NCBI GenBank assembly: GCA_963718585.1
Contig: OY970357.1
Location: 870,001-902,000 of the forward strand
Direction of reading: 5' to 3'
Length of the DNA stretch: 32,000 bases
From: Candidatus Saccharimonadota bacterium
GTDB taxonomy: Bacteria > Patescibacteriota > Patescibacteriia > 2-12-FULL-60-25
The stretch's first letter is position 1. Each line of letters starts with the position of its first letter. Below the pieces are notes generated by a model. That model was not told where the DNA came from, searched no databases, and was given only the letters and a program-made list of their open reading frames with translations. Below, piece after piece: positions 1 through 8,200 of this stretch. The position numbers were made by a program, and so were the translations under genes.

Positions 1-700
1 AATAGCTCGTGACGAGCACGGCACTGAAAGATCCCGTCGCAAGGCTCCACACAAGTGCTGCATACTTCGATCTCGCACGGGTGACACATTCCAACGCCGC
101 GAGCATCCCCGCCGCCATCCATGCACCGAGGATGTTCGGATGCGGAAACCCACCATATGCGCGGAGGATCCGAACATCGTCATGCTGGACCACGGACGCC
201 CCAAGGTCTTTTGCGGCATGCGCCGCCATCCCGAGCCATGTCGATCCCATGACTGTTCCCGTCAGGTATTGCCGCACCGCAAGGACCGCATGCGGAAGTA
301 AACTCCCTGCAAACCAAGCAAGGACAGAGGTGCGAGAGACGTTCCGGCGCCACAGGGTCACGACGAACGCGCCGAGGAGGATCACCTGGATCCACCACTG
401 CGCGGTCGCGACACGGGAGAGCGTCGTGACGAGCGTGAGGACGATGAGGAGCACGATCGGAAGGGCCGTCCGGACCTTCGGTATCTGGCGCTCAGCTTTC
501 CACCCCGTGAGTATGGCGGCCAAAAGGACCATCCAGCTTGCATAGATCGCCCACCTCCCCTGTTCCCATGGCCACCCCGCAAGCGACGCGTCCGCGAACC
601 ATCGCGTCTGCCAGGGGAGCACCAAAAGCGCGAGGCGCCACGAGACACCGAAGGCGCGTAGACGCCATGTATTCAGGGTGTGATGCTTCTCTTCTGACAT
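1..700 (-). CDS. O-antigen ligase / Wzy_C-family polytopic membrane protein, N-terminal 233 codons (3' end runs off the window start)
   Basis: This ORF is absent from the supplied track because it has no in-window stop. Hand translation of the minus strand from the ATG at 700-698 stays open to position 2: MSEEKHHTLNTWRLRAFGVSWRLALLVLPWQTRWFADASLAGWPWEQGRWAIYASWMVLLAAILTGWK...VRILRAYGGFPHPNILGAWMAAGMLAALE... It has several hydrophobic helices and an R-x-Y-G-x-F-x-H-P-N-x-L motif like the Wzy_C/O-antigen-ligase loop. The listed + ORF 9..545 is its antisense shadow. Confidence 0.6.
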   Translation of the reverse strand, partial: MSEEKHHTLNTWRLRAFGVSWRLALLVLPWQTRWFADASLAGWPWEQGRWAIYASWMVLLAAILTGWKAERQIPKVRTALPIVLLIVLTLVTTLSRVATAQWWIQVILLGAFVVTLWRRNVSRTSVLAWFAGSLLPHAVLAVRQYLTGTVMGSTWLGMAAHAAKDLGASVVQHDDVRILRAYGGFPHPNILGAWMAAGMLAALECVTRARSKYAALVWSLATGSFSAVLVTSY

Positions 701-1596
701 ATTCCTTCGTACGCACGCCGATATGCGTCCCGGTTGTCGGTCACATGGAACTTCAACGCCTGATCCGACACGATCACGGTCGTGTCCCGATCCATCCGTT
801 CACGGATGGAGGGTGGAAACCACCGTCGCTGAAATGCACGGGCAAGCGGTTCGAAAATGGAAGTGGGAAGCCGGAAAATGGGAGACGGGATACGCAGATC
901 CGGTGGAACGATCCATTTCAATGCGAACGGATGTCGCGCGCGGAGCGATGCATTCACCTCCCAAAGCTCCTCAGAGACCCCATCATCAAAGATAGGCAGT
1001 AGGGAAAGGAACCAATGACGAAAATACGGATCATGCGGGACCAGCTGATGCGAGGTGAGATCAAGCCCATCATCCGCAATGAAATAGGACAAGCAGACCG
1101 CATCCTGCTCATGTCCTGGGGACGGTGTCCATCGCAAAAGACGGAACGGCGCTCCCCCGAGGAGGCGGGTAGACCAGATCGTGCCCTTTTTCACGATGAC
1201 GAAAAAGTCGATATCTCCGCCGTCACGCGCATTCCCAAGCGCCGTCGTATTTGCCAACGCGACCATCCGGACCCCGCTCAAAGACGCGAGCCATCGTGCG
1301 ACGCGCCGAGCGCGCCGACGCTTGCGTGGCTGCAATGGATCCCGTCGTCGCATCTCCGCGACGATCCCTGCAAGGGTGTCGGGAAATCCGATGCGCCCTT
1401 CACGTTCTGCGAGCGTCGCATCGTCAAGGAGACCGTCCAGCTGAGCCTTCACGATATCAAAAGACGGAACAGGCAACAGGGAACGTCCTTCTCCCACGTC
1501 TGCGGAACCGATCAGCTCCGCCCGTGTCGGCGCATACGCCCACGCTTCGTGAAAACACGACGCACGAATGAGCGCGTCCCGTACATCAACGTTCAT
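673..1596 (-). CDS. hypothetical protein with Pol-beta-type nucleotidyltransferase-like motif
   Basis: This is a 307-aa ORF. LGNARDGGDIDFFVIV resembles the G-x(n)-D-x-D core of nucleotidyltransferase folds. It has a 4-nt ATGA overlap with the upstream PRC-barrel gene and a 28-nt overlap with the downstream ligase-like gene. The family call is motif-level only. Confidence 0.55.
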   Translation of the reverse strand: MNVDVRDALIRASCFHEAWAYAPTRAELIGSADVGEGRSLLPVPSFDIVKAQLDGLLDDATLAEREGRIGFPDTLAGIVAEMRRRDPLQPRKRRRARRVARWLASLSGVRMVALANTTALGNARDGGDIDFFVIVKKGTIWSTRLLGGAPFRLLRWTPSPGHEQDAVCLSYFIADDGLDLTSHQLVPHDPYFRHWFLSLLPIFDDGVSEELWEVNASLRARHPFALKWIVPPDLRIPSPIFRLPTSIFEPLARAFQRRWFPPSIRERMDRDTTVIVSDQALKFHVTDNRDAYRRAYEGICQKRSITP

Positions 1597-1898
1597 GACT
1601 CCGTCTGGCTCAGGTGCGCCGGCGGTGCGGCCATGCGCGGATTGGCCTTGGCCGCGGCCATTTCCCGCACCACGGCATCCACGACCACGACCTCCTGATC
1701 AGACATGGACACGATCTGAGACCATGAGATCATCGCCTCCTGATCCAGCAGGGCTGGAACCGCACCCGGGATCCGGACCCGGAATACCGTCAATTTTCCG
1801 GTATCACCATCCAAGTCGAAACTGACGACTTTCCCGACCGAAAACCCGGCTTCTGTTCGGACGGGCACACCGGCCATTTTCTTGCTGTTCACGATCAT
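1593..1898 (-). CDS. PRC-barrel domain small protein (YlmC/YmxH-like)
   Basis: This is a 101-aa ORF. VPVRTEAGFSVGKVVSFDLDGDTGKLTVFRV matches the PRC-barrel pattern (G-x-x-V-x-x-x-x-G-x-x-x-G-x-V-x-D-x-x-x-D). A TACGCT hexamer (1905-1910) lies 6 nt upstream of the ATG. Confidence 0.7.
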   Translation of the reverse strand: MIVNSKKMAGVPVRTEAGFSVGKVVSFDLDGDTGKLTVFRVRIPGAVPALLDQEAMISWSQIVSMSDQEVVVVDAVVREMAAAKANPRMAAPPAHLSQTES

Positions 1899-1922
1899 GA
1901 GGTCAGCGTAGCGCAGAGGCGG

Positions 1923-1957
1923 AAAAAAAAGGAGAGGTGGGTTCCCTCTCCTTTTTT
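1923..1957 (-). terminator. rho-independent terminator downstream of yidC
   Basis: The minus strand reads GGAGAGG-GAACCCA-CCTCTCC followed by T8. The stem arms are at 1931-1937 and 1945-1951, and the T-run is the complement of A8 at 1923-1930. It starts 8 nt after the yidC stop. Confidence 0.7.
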
Positions 1958-1964
1958 CGGTCTT

Positions 1965-2744
1965 TTATCCTTGAGATGGCGTCGGTGGCGCGATCTGTGG
2001 CGTGGTCGGCGGCGTTGGCTTGCGCAGGAAGAGCGTCTGCTGGACGACCATGAGCAATGACATGGTGAGCCAGTAGAGCGTCAAGCCTCCTGGAAGCGAG
2101 ATCCCGATGAAGACCGTGACGATCGGCATGATGTACATCATCTGCTTATTCATGATCGCCGACATATCCTCGTCCTTCGCCCCCTTCTTATCGCGCAATT
2201 CCTTCGGCGGCTCAGTGGTCAGCGCTGGACGTCGCATGATCTGCCATGACTGCACGAACTGGATAGCACCGGCGAGCACGGCCAAGATGTAATTCGGTTT
2301 CGACAGATCCATGAGTCCCAGGAATATGGGATTGACCGCAGCCGGATGGGCGACGAATGGGTAGAGCAACTGAAGACTTCGTCCCGCCAAACCGTCCCGC
2401 AATGCACGGAACAACCCCCAGAACACCGGCAACTGGATCAGGAGCGGAAGACAGGACGATGCCGGATTCACCTTATCCTTCTTATATAGCTCCATGAGCT
2501 CCTTCGCCTGCGCATCCTTGTCGTCCTTCAACCGTTTGCGGATCTCGTCGACCTTCGGCTGAAGGAGCTGCATCGCGCGCTGCTGCTTGATCTGTTGGGC
2601 GGTGAACGGCCACAGGATCCCCTTCACGATGAAGGTCAACGCGATGATCGCGATGCCGATGTCATTCCCCGGCAGGACGTTATACAGCCAGATGAGGACG
2701 TTGAGGATCGGCTGGTAAAAGAGGATTTGAAAGATCTGTGCCAT
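1965..2744 (-). CDS. yidC: membrane protein insertase YidC (short, Oxa1-like form without large periplasmic domain)
   Basis: 259 aa. The translation MAQIFQILFYQPILNVLIWLYN...GIAIIALTFIVKGILWPFTAQQIKQQRAMQLLQPKVDEIRKRLKDDKDAQAKELMELYKKDKVNPASSCLPLLIQLPVFWGLFRAL is a clear YidC/Oxa1 signature. Confidence 0.93.
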   Translation of the reverse strand: MAQIFQILFYQPILNVLIWLYNVLPGNDIGIAIIALTFIVKGILWPFTAQQIKQQRAMQLLQPKVDEIRKRLKDDKDAQAKELMELYKKDKVNPASSCLPLLIQLPVFWGLFRALRDGLAGRSLQLLYPFVAHPAAVNPIFLGLMDLSKPNYILAVLAGAIQFVQSWQIMRRPALTTEPPKELRDKKGAKDEDMSAIMNKQMMYIMPIVTVFIGISLPGGLTLYWLTMSLLMVVQQTLFLRKPTPPTTPQIAPPTPSQG

Positions 2745-2761
2745 ACGTTCTGCTCGTGCGA

Positions 2762-4249
2762 TTAGGATTTATCTGACGGCTCTGATCCCTCTGTCGCTTC
2801 GGGGGAAGGAGCGGGCGTCGTGTCATCGGACTCTGTTTCGTTCGCGACATCCGCGTCATCCGCAGGTTTCGTGTCGTCCGCGGGCGCCGTGATCTCCTCC
2901 GCCTTTTCCTCAGCTTTGATCTGCGCACCCTCGAGCGGTTCATGCGAGGCTTCCGCGACAGACTCCTTTGCTTCAGCTTCTGCGACCGTCTCCGGCGCAT
3001 CCGGCTTCTCCGTCACCCCTTCGATCGGTTCAAACGCACCCTTCTCCGAATCAGCGACCTTCTTCCCGCCCTCTTCAGCGATCGTGATCTTCCAGTTCGT
3101 GAGTTTCGCCGCCAGACGGACGTTCTGTCCGCCTTTGCCGATCGCGAGCGACAGCTGGTCCGCGGGCACGTCGACCGTGGCCAGGTGGTCATCCGCATTC
3201 AACTTCACGCTATTGACCTTTGCCGGCGACAGGGACGCGGCGATGTACTCCGACTCCTCGCCGGACCAACTGATGACATCAACCTTTTCGCCGCCGAGCT
3301 CGCGGATGATCGTCTGGATGCGTGTTCCGCGTTGGCCGATGCACGATCCGATCGGATCGATCGCCTCGTCATGCGCGGTCACGGCCACCTTCGTGCGCGA
3401 ACCGGCCTCGCGTGCGATGTTCTTGATCTCGACCGTCCCGTTGGCGACCTCCGGGATCTCCTGTGCGAAGATCGCGGCGACCAATCCCGGGGACGAACGA
3501 GACAAACGGATCTCCGGACCCTTCGGCGTCATCGCGACCTCACGAAGCAACGCTTTGATGCGCGTCCCGGGGTAATAGCGTTCGGATTCGATCTGATCTT
3601 CCGGCAGGAGGATCCCCGTTGCGCGGCCAAGGTCGATCAGGACGATACGTCCTTCACGGCGCTGGACCGTCACGTTCATGAGCTCGCCTTCGCGATCCTT
3701 GAAGTCCGTATAAATGACGTTGCGCTCCGCCTCACGGAGCTTCTGCATGATGACCTGCTTCGCAGTCTGCGCCGCCATGCGACCGAACGCGGCCGGCACG
3801 GTCAACTCGACGCGGATCTCATCTCCGATCTGTGCATCGGGTTTGAGATCCTTGGCGTCCGAAAGCATGATCATCGTCTTCTGATTGAACGCGAACTCTT
3901 CCTCGGAGGGTGCTTCACCGAGCTGTTCGGGCGGGATCGTCTCACCGGCCTTGCGGGCGACCTTCTGTGCCTCGCGCTTGGCCGTCGCCGCCTCTTCGAA
4001 CCGTTCAAAGTAGTCCTCCGGGAGCTCCATGTCCTGGACAACGGTCTTTACATCAAAGACCCGGATGCCTTCGGTGGCTCCGTCGTAGGTCTCAGGGTCG
4101 AATTGGACCTTGATGTTCTGGTTTTTGGTACCGAAGTCTTTCCGATACGCCGCCGCGAGGGCCGCTTCGACCGCTTCGATCACCGCTTCGGGCGCGAGGT
4201 TCTTTTCCTCGCAGATCTGACGGATCGCCTGGGAAATGGGTGATGCCAT
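2762..4249 (-). CDS. nusA: transcription termination/antitermination factor NusA with ~90-aa acidic C-terminal tail
   Basis: 495 aa. It has a NusA N-terminal region (ICEEKNLAPEAVIEAVEAALAAAYRK), an S1-like segment (GELMNVTVQRREGRIVLIDLG) and two KH-like segments (DPIGSCIGQRGTRIQTIIRELGGEKVDVI; LSLAIGKGGQNVRLAAKLTNWKITI). The tail after about aa 400 is E/D/A/T/P-rich. Confidence 0.95.
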   Translation of the reverse strand: MASPISQAIRQICEEKNLAPEAVIEAVEAALAAAYRKDFGTKNQNIKVQFDPETYDGATEGIRVFDVKTVVQDMELPEDYFERFEEAATAKREAQKVARKAGETIPPEQLGEAPSEEEFAFNQKTMIMLSDAKDLKPDAQIGDEIRVELTVPAAFGRMAAQTAKQVIMQKLREAERNVIYTDFKDREGELMNVTVQRREGRIVLIDLGRATGILLPEDQIESERYYPGTRIKALLREVAMTPKGPEIRLSRSSPGLVAAIFAQEIPEVANGTVEIKNIAREAGSRTKVAVTAHDEAIDPIGSCIGQRGTRIQTIIRELGGEKVDVISWSGEESEYIAASLSPAKVNSVKLNADDHLATVDVPADQLSLAIGKGGQNVRLAAKLTNWKITIAEEGGKKVADSEKGAFEPIEGVTEKPDAPETVAEAEAKESVAEASHEPLEGAQIKAEEKAEEITAPADDTKPADDADVANETESDDTTPAPSPEATEGSEPSDKS

Positions 4250-4340
4250 AAGGGTGGGGACTAGGAAGATGGAGTTGAGATCGCGTGTGCGAGATCCGGG
4301 TAAAAAACGACCCGTTCATCCAGAACGAGTCAACGCGAGC

Positions 4341-4369
4341 ATGATAGCCAAAGAACCCATTTGCGTCAA
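4341..4369 (-). promoter_or_regulatory. candidate sigma70-type promoter for nusA (TTGACG-17-TATCAT)
   Basis: On the minus strand the -35 TTGACG is the complement of 4364-4369. A 17-nt spacer follows, and the -10 TATCAT is the complement of 4341-4346. It lies about 90 nt upstream of the nusA ATG. Confidence 0.45.
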
Positions 4370-4372
4370 GTA

Positions 4373-4401
4373 TTGACGGGGCGACAGATCTTCGATAGAT
4401 T
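4373..4401 (+). promoter_or_regulatory. candidate sigma70-type promoter for the 4447 gene (TTGACG-17-TAGATT)
   Basis: The -35 TTGACG is at 4373-4378, followed by a 17-nt spacer and the -10 TAGATT at 4396-4401. It sits back-to-back with the nusA -35, forming the palindrome CGTCAA-GTA-TTGACG (4364-4378). Confidence 0.4.
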
Positions 4402-4446
4402 GTAGAACGCTTTTCACAAGCGTTTGCCCTTTCCAGAGGAGGTTCC

Positions 4447-5193
4447 GTGAGCAAAGGTCCTGATAGCAATCCCCGCAGTTCCCGCCCCCCGTTCCCGCTG
4501 ATCCGCAACAGCAAGCCGATGAAGGCCTTCGTCCGTGCCGCCGTGCATGAAGCGCGCGAGCACTGCGTCGTCCCCCTCATCGTCGGTCCCAACCGACTCG
4601 AGCTTCGATCCTTCGCCGAGTCCGTCTCGCAAGAACGGGATCTCGGCGGTATACGGATCGTGGACAGCAACATGCCTCACCCCTACGAGCTCGAGTCCGA
4701 GGACGTGAAGACCGTCATCTTTCTCCACGGTGAGCGGATGACGAAGGTCCTGCAACGCGCGTTCGCGCGGAGTCAGCTCCATCATCTCCGCGGTGTCCTC
4801 GTCGCGTTTTCCAAGAACCCGCGGAGTTCGACCGGTCCGAGGAACAAGTGGGATGAGGCATTCCTCAAGATCTGGGGGAACGCGCTGGTCTGGCCGCACT
4901 GGAAACAGCGCCCGTCGGATCATCGTCCTCTCGTGCGGCAGATCCATAAACGGCTCTCCATGGGAGGTGGACGCAAGGCTCCACCGTTCGCGAAGAGCGC
5001 CGCCATGCTCCTGCACCAACTGCCGTTCAGGGGGACGGATGACGCGGAACGCGCGATCAAGCAAGCGCTCACCGTCTACATCCGGACACAGTCGACAGGT
5101 GATCTGAAGGCAGAACACTTCATCGCCTCGAACAGCCTCCCCTCGCTCCCCTCCGTACGCGCGATCCCGGACCTCGCGACCGCGTCGCGCTAA
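4447..5193 (+). CDS. hypothetical protein (248 aa, no family recognised)
   Basis: The GTG start is preceded by a strong SD, AGAGGAGG (4434-4441). A hand count of third positions in the first 60 codons gives 47/60 G/C. Codon choice (atc, ctc, gtc, ttc, aag, gac) matches clpP. A + strand terminator follows. The competing minus ORF 4414..5316 is judged to be its antisense shadow. Confidence 0.55.
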   Translation: MSKGPDSNPRSSRPPFPLIRNSKPMKAFVRAAVHEAREHCVVPLIVGPNRLELRSFAESVSQERDLGGIRIVDSNMPHPYELESEDVKTVIFLHGERMTKVLQRAFARSQLHHLRGVLVAFSKNPRSSTGPRNKWDEAFLKIWGNALVWPHWKQRPSDHRPLVRQIHKRLSMGGGRKAPPFAKSAAMLLHQLPFRGTDDAERAIKQALTVYIRTQSTGDLKAEHFIASNSLPSLPSVRAIPDLATASR

Positions 5194-5218
5194 AAAAAAA
5201 GGAGCGCGGATGCGCTCC
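5192..5218 (-). terminator. rho-independent terminator for the giant gene (second of two hairpins)
   Basis: The minus strand reads GGAGCGC-ATCC-GCGCTCC followed by T9. The stem is at 5201-5207/5212-5218, and the T-run is the complement of A9 at 5192-5200. Confidence 0.7.
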
Positions 5219-5227
5219 CTCTCTCTT

Positions 5228-5263
5228 CCCCCGCTTTGCCGACCGGCAGACGGGGGATTTTTT
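5228..5263 (+). terminator. rho-independent terminator for the 4447..5193 gene
   Basis: CCCCCG(C)TTTGCC-GACC-GGCAGACGGGGG forms a ~12-bp stem with one bulge (5228-5256), followed by ATTTTTT (5257-5263). The T-run overlaps the stop codon of the convergent giant gene. Confidence 0.65.
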
Positions 5264-8200
5264 ATGACTGAACACCGAGCTGCAAGGCGCCCGGATACAC
5301 GACCCATGGCCGCCACGGCGTCAAGTTCGGAAGCGTCGTGTCACAGGTATTGGTGACCGACTTCCCTTGTCCCGTCCCCAATGAGAACGGCACTTTCGAG
5401 TTATCGACGTTGTAGAGCCGCGTCGCATCATAACACCCGCCATTTTGATACAGGATCGTATTCGTATACCCACCGCCGCTGAAACCAGCACCTGGCTGAT
5501 TCCCACCGAGATCCTGGATCCGACATTCTCCCGTACACCAGCCCCAGGCGTCCTTCAGTTGCACCCGCGGCGTGAACCGGCACGCTGCATTCTGTGCGTC
5601 ATAACACCCACCCGGCGGCGCAAGATCCGAGAGACATGTGTCCCCCACCGCGCAATTCGCATCGCTCGTACATTTGCGATCTGTATCACGGGAGCATCGC
5701 TTTTCATTCCCACATGCCGGCAGACTCGCCTCCTGCTGCTTGGAGCAGGTGTAGGCATGCGAGTAATCGAAGTAGTTTTGCTCACATGCGGAATCGGTAT
5801 TCCCGAATGTCGTTCGGATCACGCATTTATCGGTGACTATGCCGACCGTACAATCGCTATCGGTCTGACATGTCACGTTCGGCCGCGCATTACAGAATCC
5901 GGTATTGATGCACTTCCCCCCTCCCGGCGGACAATCCGCATCCGAGGAACAGGTCAGTCCCGGCGTGAATTCACACTCCTTCGACACACCGCAGAACGGC
6001 TTTTTGTTCTTCATCTTCGCATCATGCGTTTCCGTCGTCTGGCCATCACCCCAATCCACGATCGCATCGGTCAACGGACCTTGATTGTCCGCGGCCCAAC
6101 CGTAGAAGCGGAGCGTCGCGATCGCTTGTCCGCCGACATACGCGACCTTGCCTTCGGTCTGATTCTCAAAGGTGAATGCATTCGTCCGTGCGACCCCGCA
6201 CTGCCCGGCCGCCTGGCAGGCGTGACCCGTATCCGGCGCCGCCATGGTCGGCGGACGCGGGGTGTAGTACGAGACGTAGCGCTGGTCGAGGGCGGCGAAC
6301 AGATTCGGGTTGTTATTGATCTGCGCGAGATAGTCCGGCGTGTAGTGTCCCGGCGTCACATCCGTCGGCGGACTCTGGAGCGAGAGATTGTTCGAGGTCT
6401 TCGACCCGATCGTCGACAGGTCGTTCTGCCTGATCGCGGTCAAGCATTCCTGACGATCCGGCATGTCGCCACAGAGATCAGCGCGTGCATAATACCCCGC
6501 ATTATGTGTACAGAGATTGTTATCCGTATCGAGATTCTGAGAATGCGAATCACCGCTCGCCTGATCACAATCAAAGCTGATGCGATATTGCGAAGGAACA
6601 GCACCCTGATAATCAGCACTTGCACTCGAGTTCGGTATAAGCGCGTTATTCGGCCCAGATGTGCTTACCGGCTGACAGAAGTAGCCGGATTTCGTGACAT
6701 CCGTCTGCGACAAGTCCGGCGGCGCACAATCCGCATTCTGCGTGCAGTTCGAGCCTTCGTATGCCCCGCCTTCGCAGATTCCCGGGGTCCAGCCTGGGCC
6801 GCGATATCGAGAACTGTCGTATGGAGCTGTATGTGGCACCTTATCCACCGGTGGGCGCTCGCAGTGTCCTGGAATGAATATCTGATAGTCATCGCCTGGC
6901 AGAGGCGTCTCGACGAAAACACCTGGAAATTTATGAAGTTCAGCTGCTTTCGAAGGAAATACAAGGTAACGACCTTTACGAAGATCTTTCCCGCCAATAT
7001 CATTTCCGTTTTTAACACCATCGCTACTATCGTTCCGATTTCCTGCACCCGCACTCGGAATCCACCAATCATTCGTACCTACGTCTCCAAGCGTAACATT
7101 GGTATAGGGTTTATTTACCGTCGAATCATCACCGCCGCCGTATGTCTCGAAGTATGGCGCATTGGCCCAGAAATAGTCCTTATGTCCCTCGATCGTGAAA
7201 TTTCCCTGGCCTGCTGGATATGGATTTGGATAATCTTTGCCATTGTTCCACCATTCGATCCATGTAAACTCACAATCAGAACTCTGAGTGCAAGCGGCGT
7301 GCTCATACCCATTCGTGCAATGATTATTTACGCACTGTGCGTGTTGCTCCCCGTCATTCGTATCAGGTCCCGATAAGACCTCGATCGGGCACTCTTGCGA
7401 GATCGACGCAACTTTCGTACACGAAACACTGACTGGATCTCCGTTTGGATCCGGTTTTCCATTCTTATATTTGACCGGGTAATGGACCGCGTTATTCGCA
7501 CAACGCATGGCGCCAAGGTCTGAAGCTGCTTGAGCTGTCTGACAGATAATAGTGTCACCCGCCTGACACGTGGAATGACCTGACGCTTGACAGTTGCAAG
7601 CCGTGTTCGCATTCGCGTTCTTTATCATCGTTGCATCCTGAACATTCTTAAAGGTATACGTCAGATTGTTCTGTTCCCATCCAGATTGCAGATCGCACGA
7701 TGTGTACTGCGGCTGAAGCTGACCTTGGACCAACTTCATTGGCGCGTTATGGCAGACACCATACCCTTCTAGCTGATTCCCAAGGTCGCCTGAACACGGC
7801 AAGCCTGAGTTCACGCCAGAAAGCGAGTTGCACAATGCTTGGCCCTTAGATGCGTCGATGAGTTTGGAGTTACACGTTCCGGCATAGCCACAGTAAGTAA
7901 TGGACGCATTGGTCATGTCCGTCGCTGTGGCACCCGAAGCCGGCGTGGGACACCAGGCGCCAAAGCGCGGACCATCGATACAGGCGTATGACGTCTTGCC
8001 GACCGGACGGTCATACCAGCGATAGACGCGGTAGACCCGTGCGAAGATGTTCGTCAGCCACGCCCAGTTTCCGGTCGGGACGACACTCCCCTTGTTCGCA
8101 TATTCCGCCCCGGCTGAAAGCCAGATCGGCGGACGGAGCTTGTTGTCCGAGCCCGGCATTGCGCCAGGGACCTGATACAACGGAGAGATGCCGATCGGAG

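Noticed and set aside
2942-4243. Long antisense ORFs lie opposite nusA (433 aa), smc (415 aa at 20675..21922), gyrA (345 aa at 26317..27354) and clpP (223 aa at 24797..25468).
   Set aside because: Each lies opposite a confidently identified housekeeping gene. Their compositions (S/R/L/D-rich) are those of antisense shadows.
4414-5316. A 300-aa minus-strand ORF sits where rimP would be expected, and it contains GLELVGV.
   Set aside because: It spans both terminator hairpins and overlaps the giant gene's 3' end. Its codon position 3 coincides with position 1 of the + frame, giving lower GC (by eye, ~60%) than the 47/60 G/C at + frame position 3. It has no RimP SSPG motif and no SD at its internal ATGs.
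5262-5700. The C-terminus of the giant protein could be the variable region of a diversity-generating retroelement.
   Set aside because: There is no reverse transcriptase in the window, and I saw no template-repeat-like duplicate. The idea cannot be excluded for loci outside the window.
5445-7376. A 643-aa + strand ORF, plus many 60-180-aa ORFs on both strands, lie inside 5262-16148.
   Set aside because: They lie entirely antisense to or out of frame with the 10.9-kb ORF. Their translations are R/I/L-rich low-complexity shadows typical of high-GC coding regions, and they have no start context or motifs.
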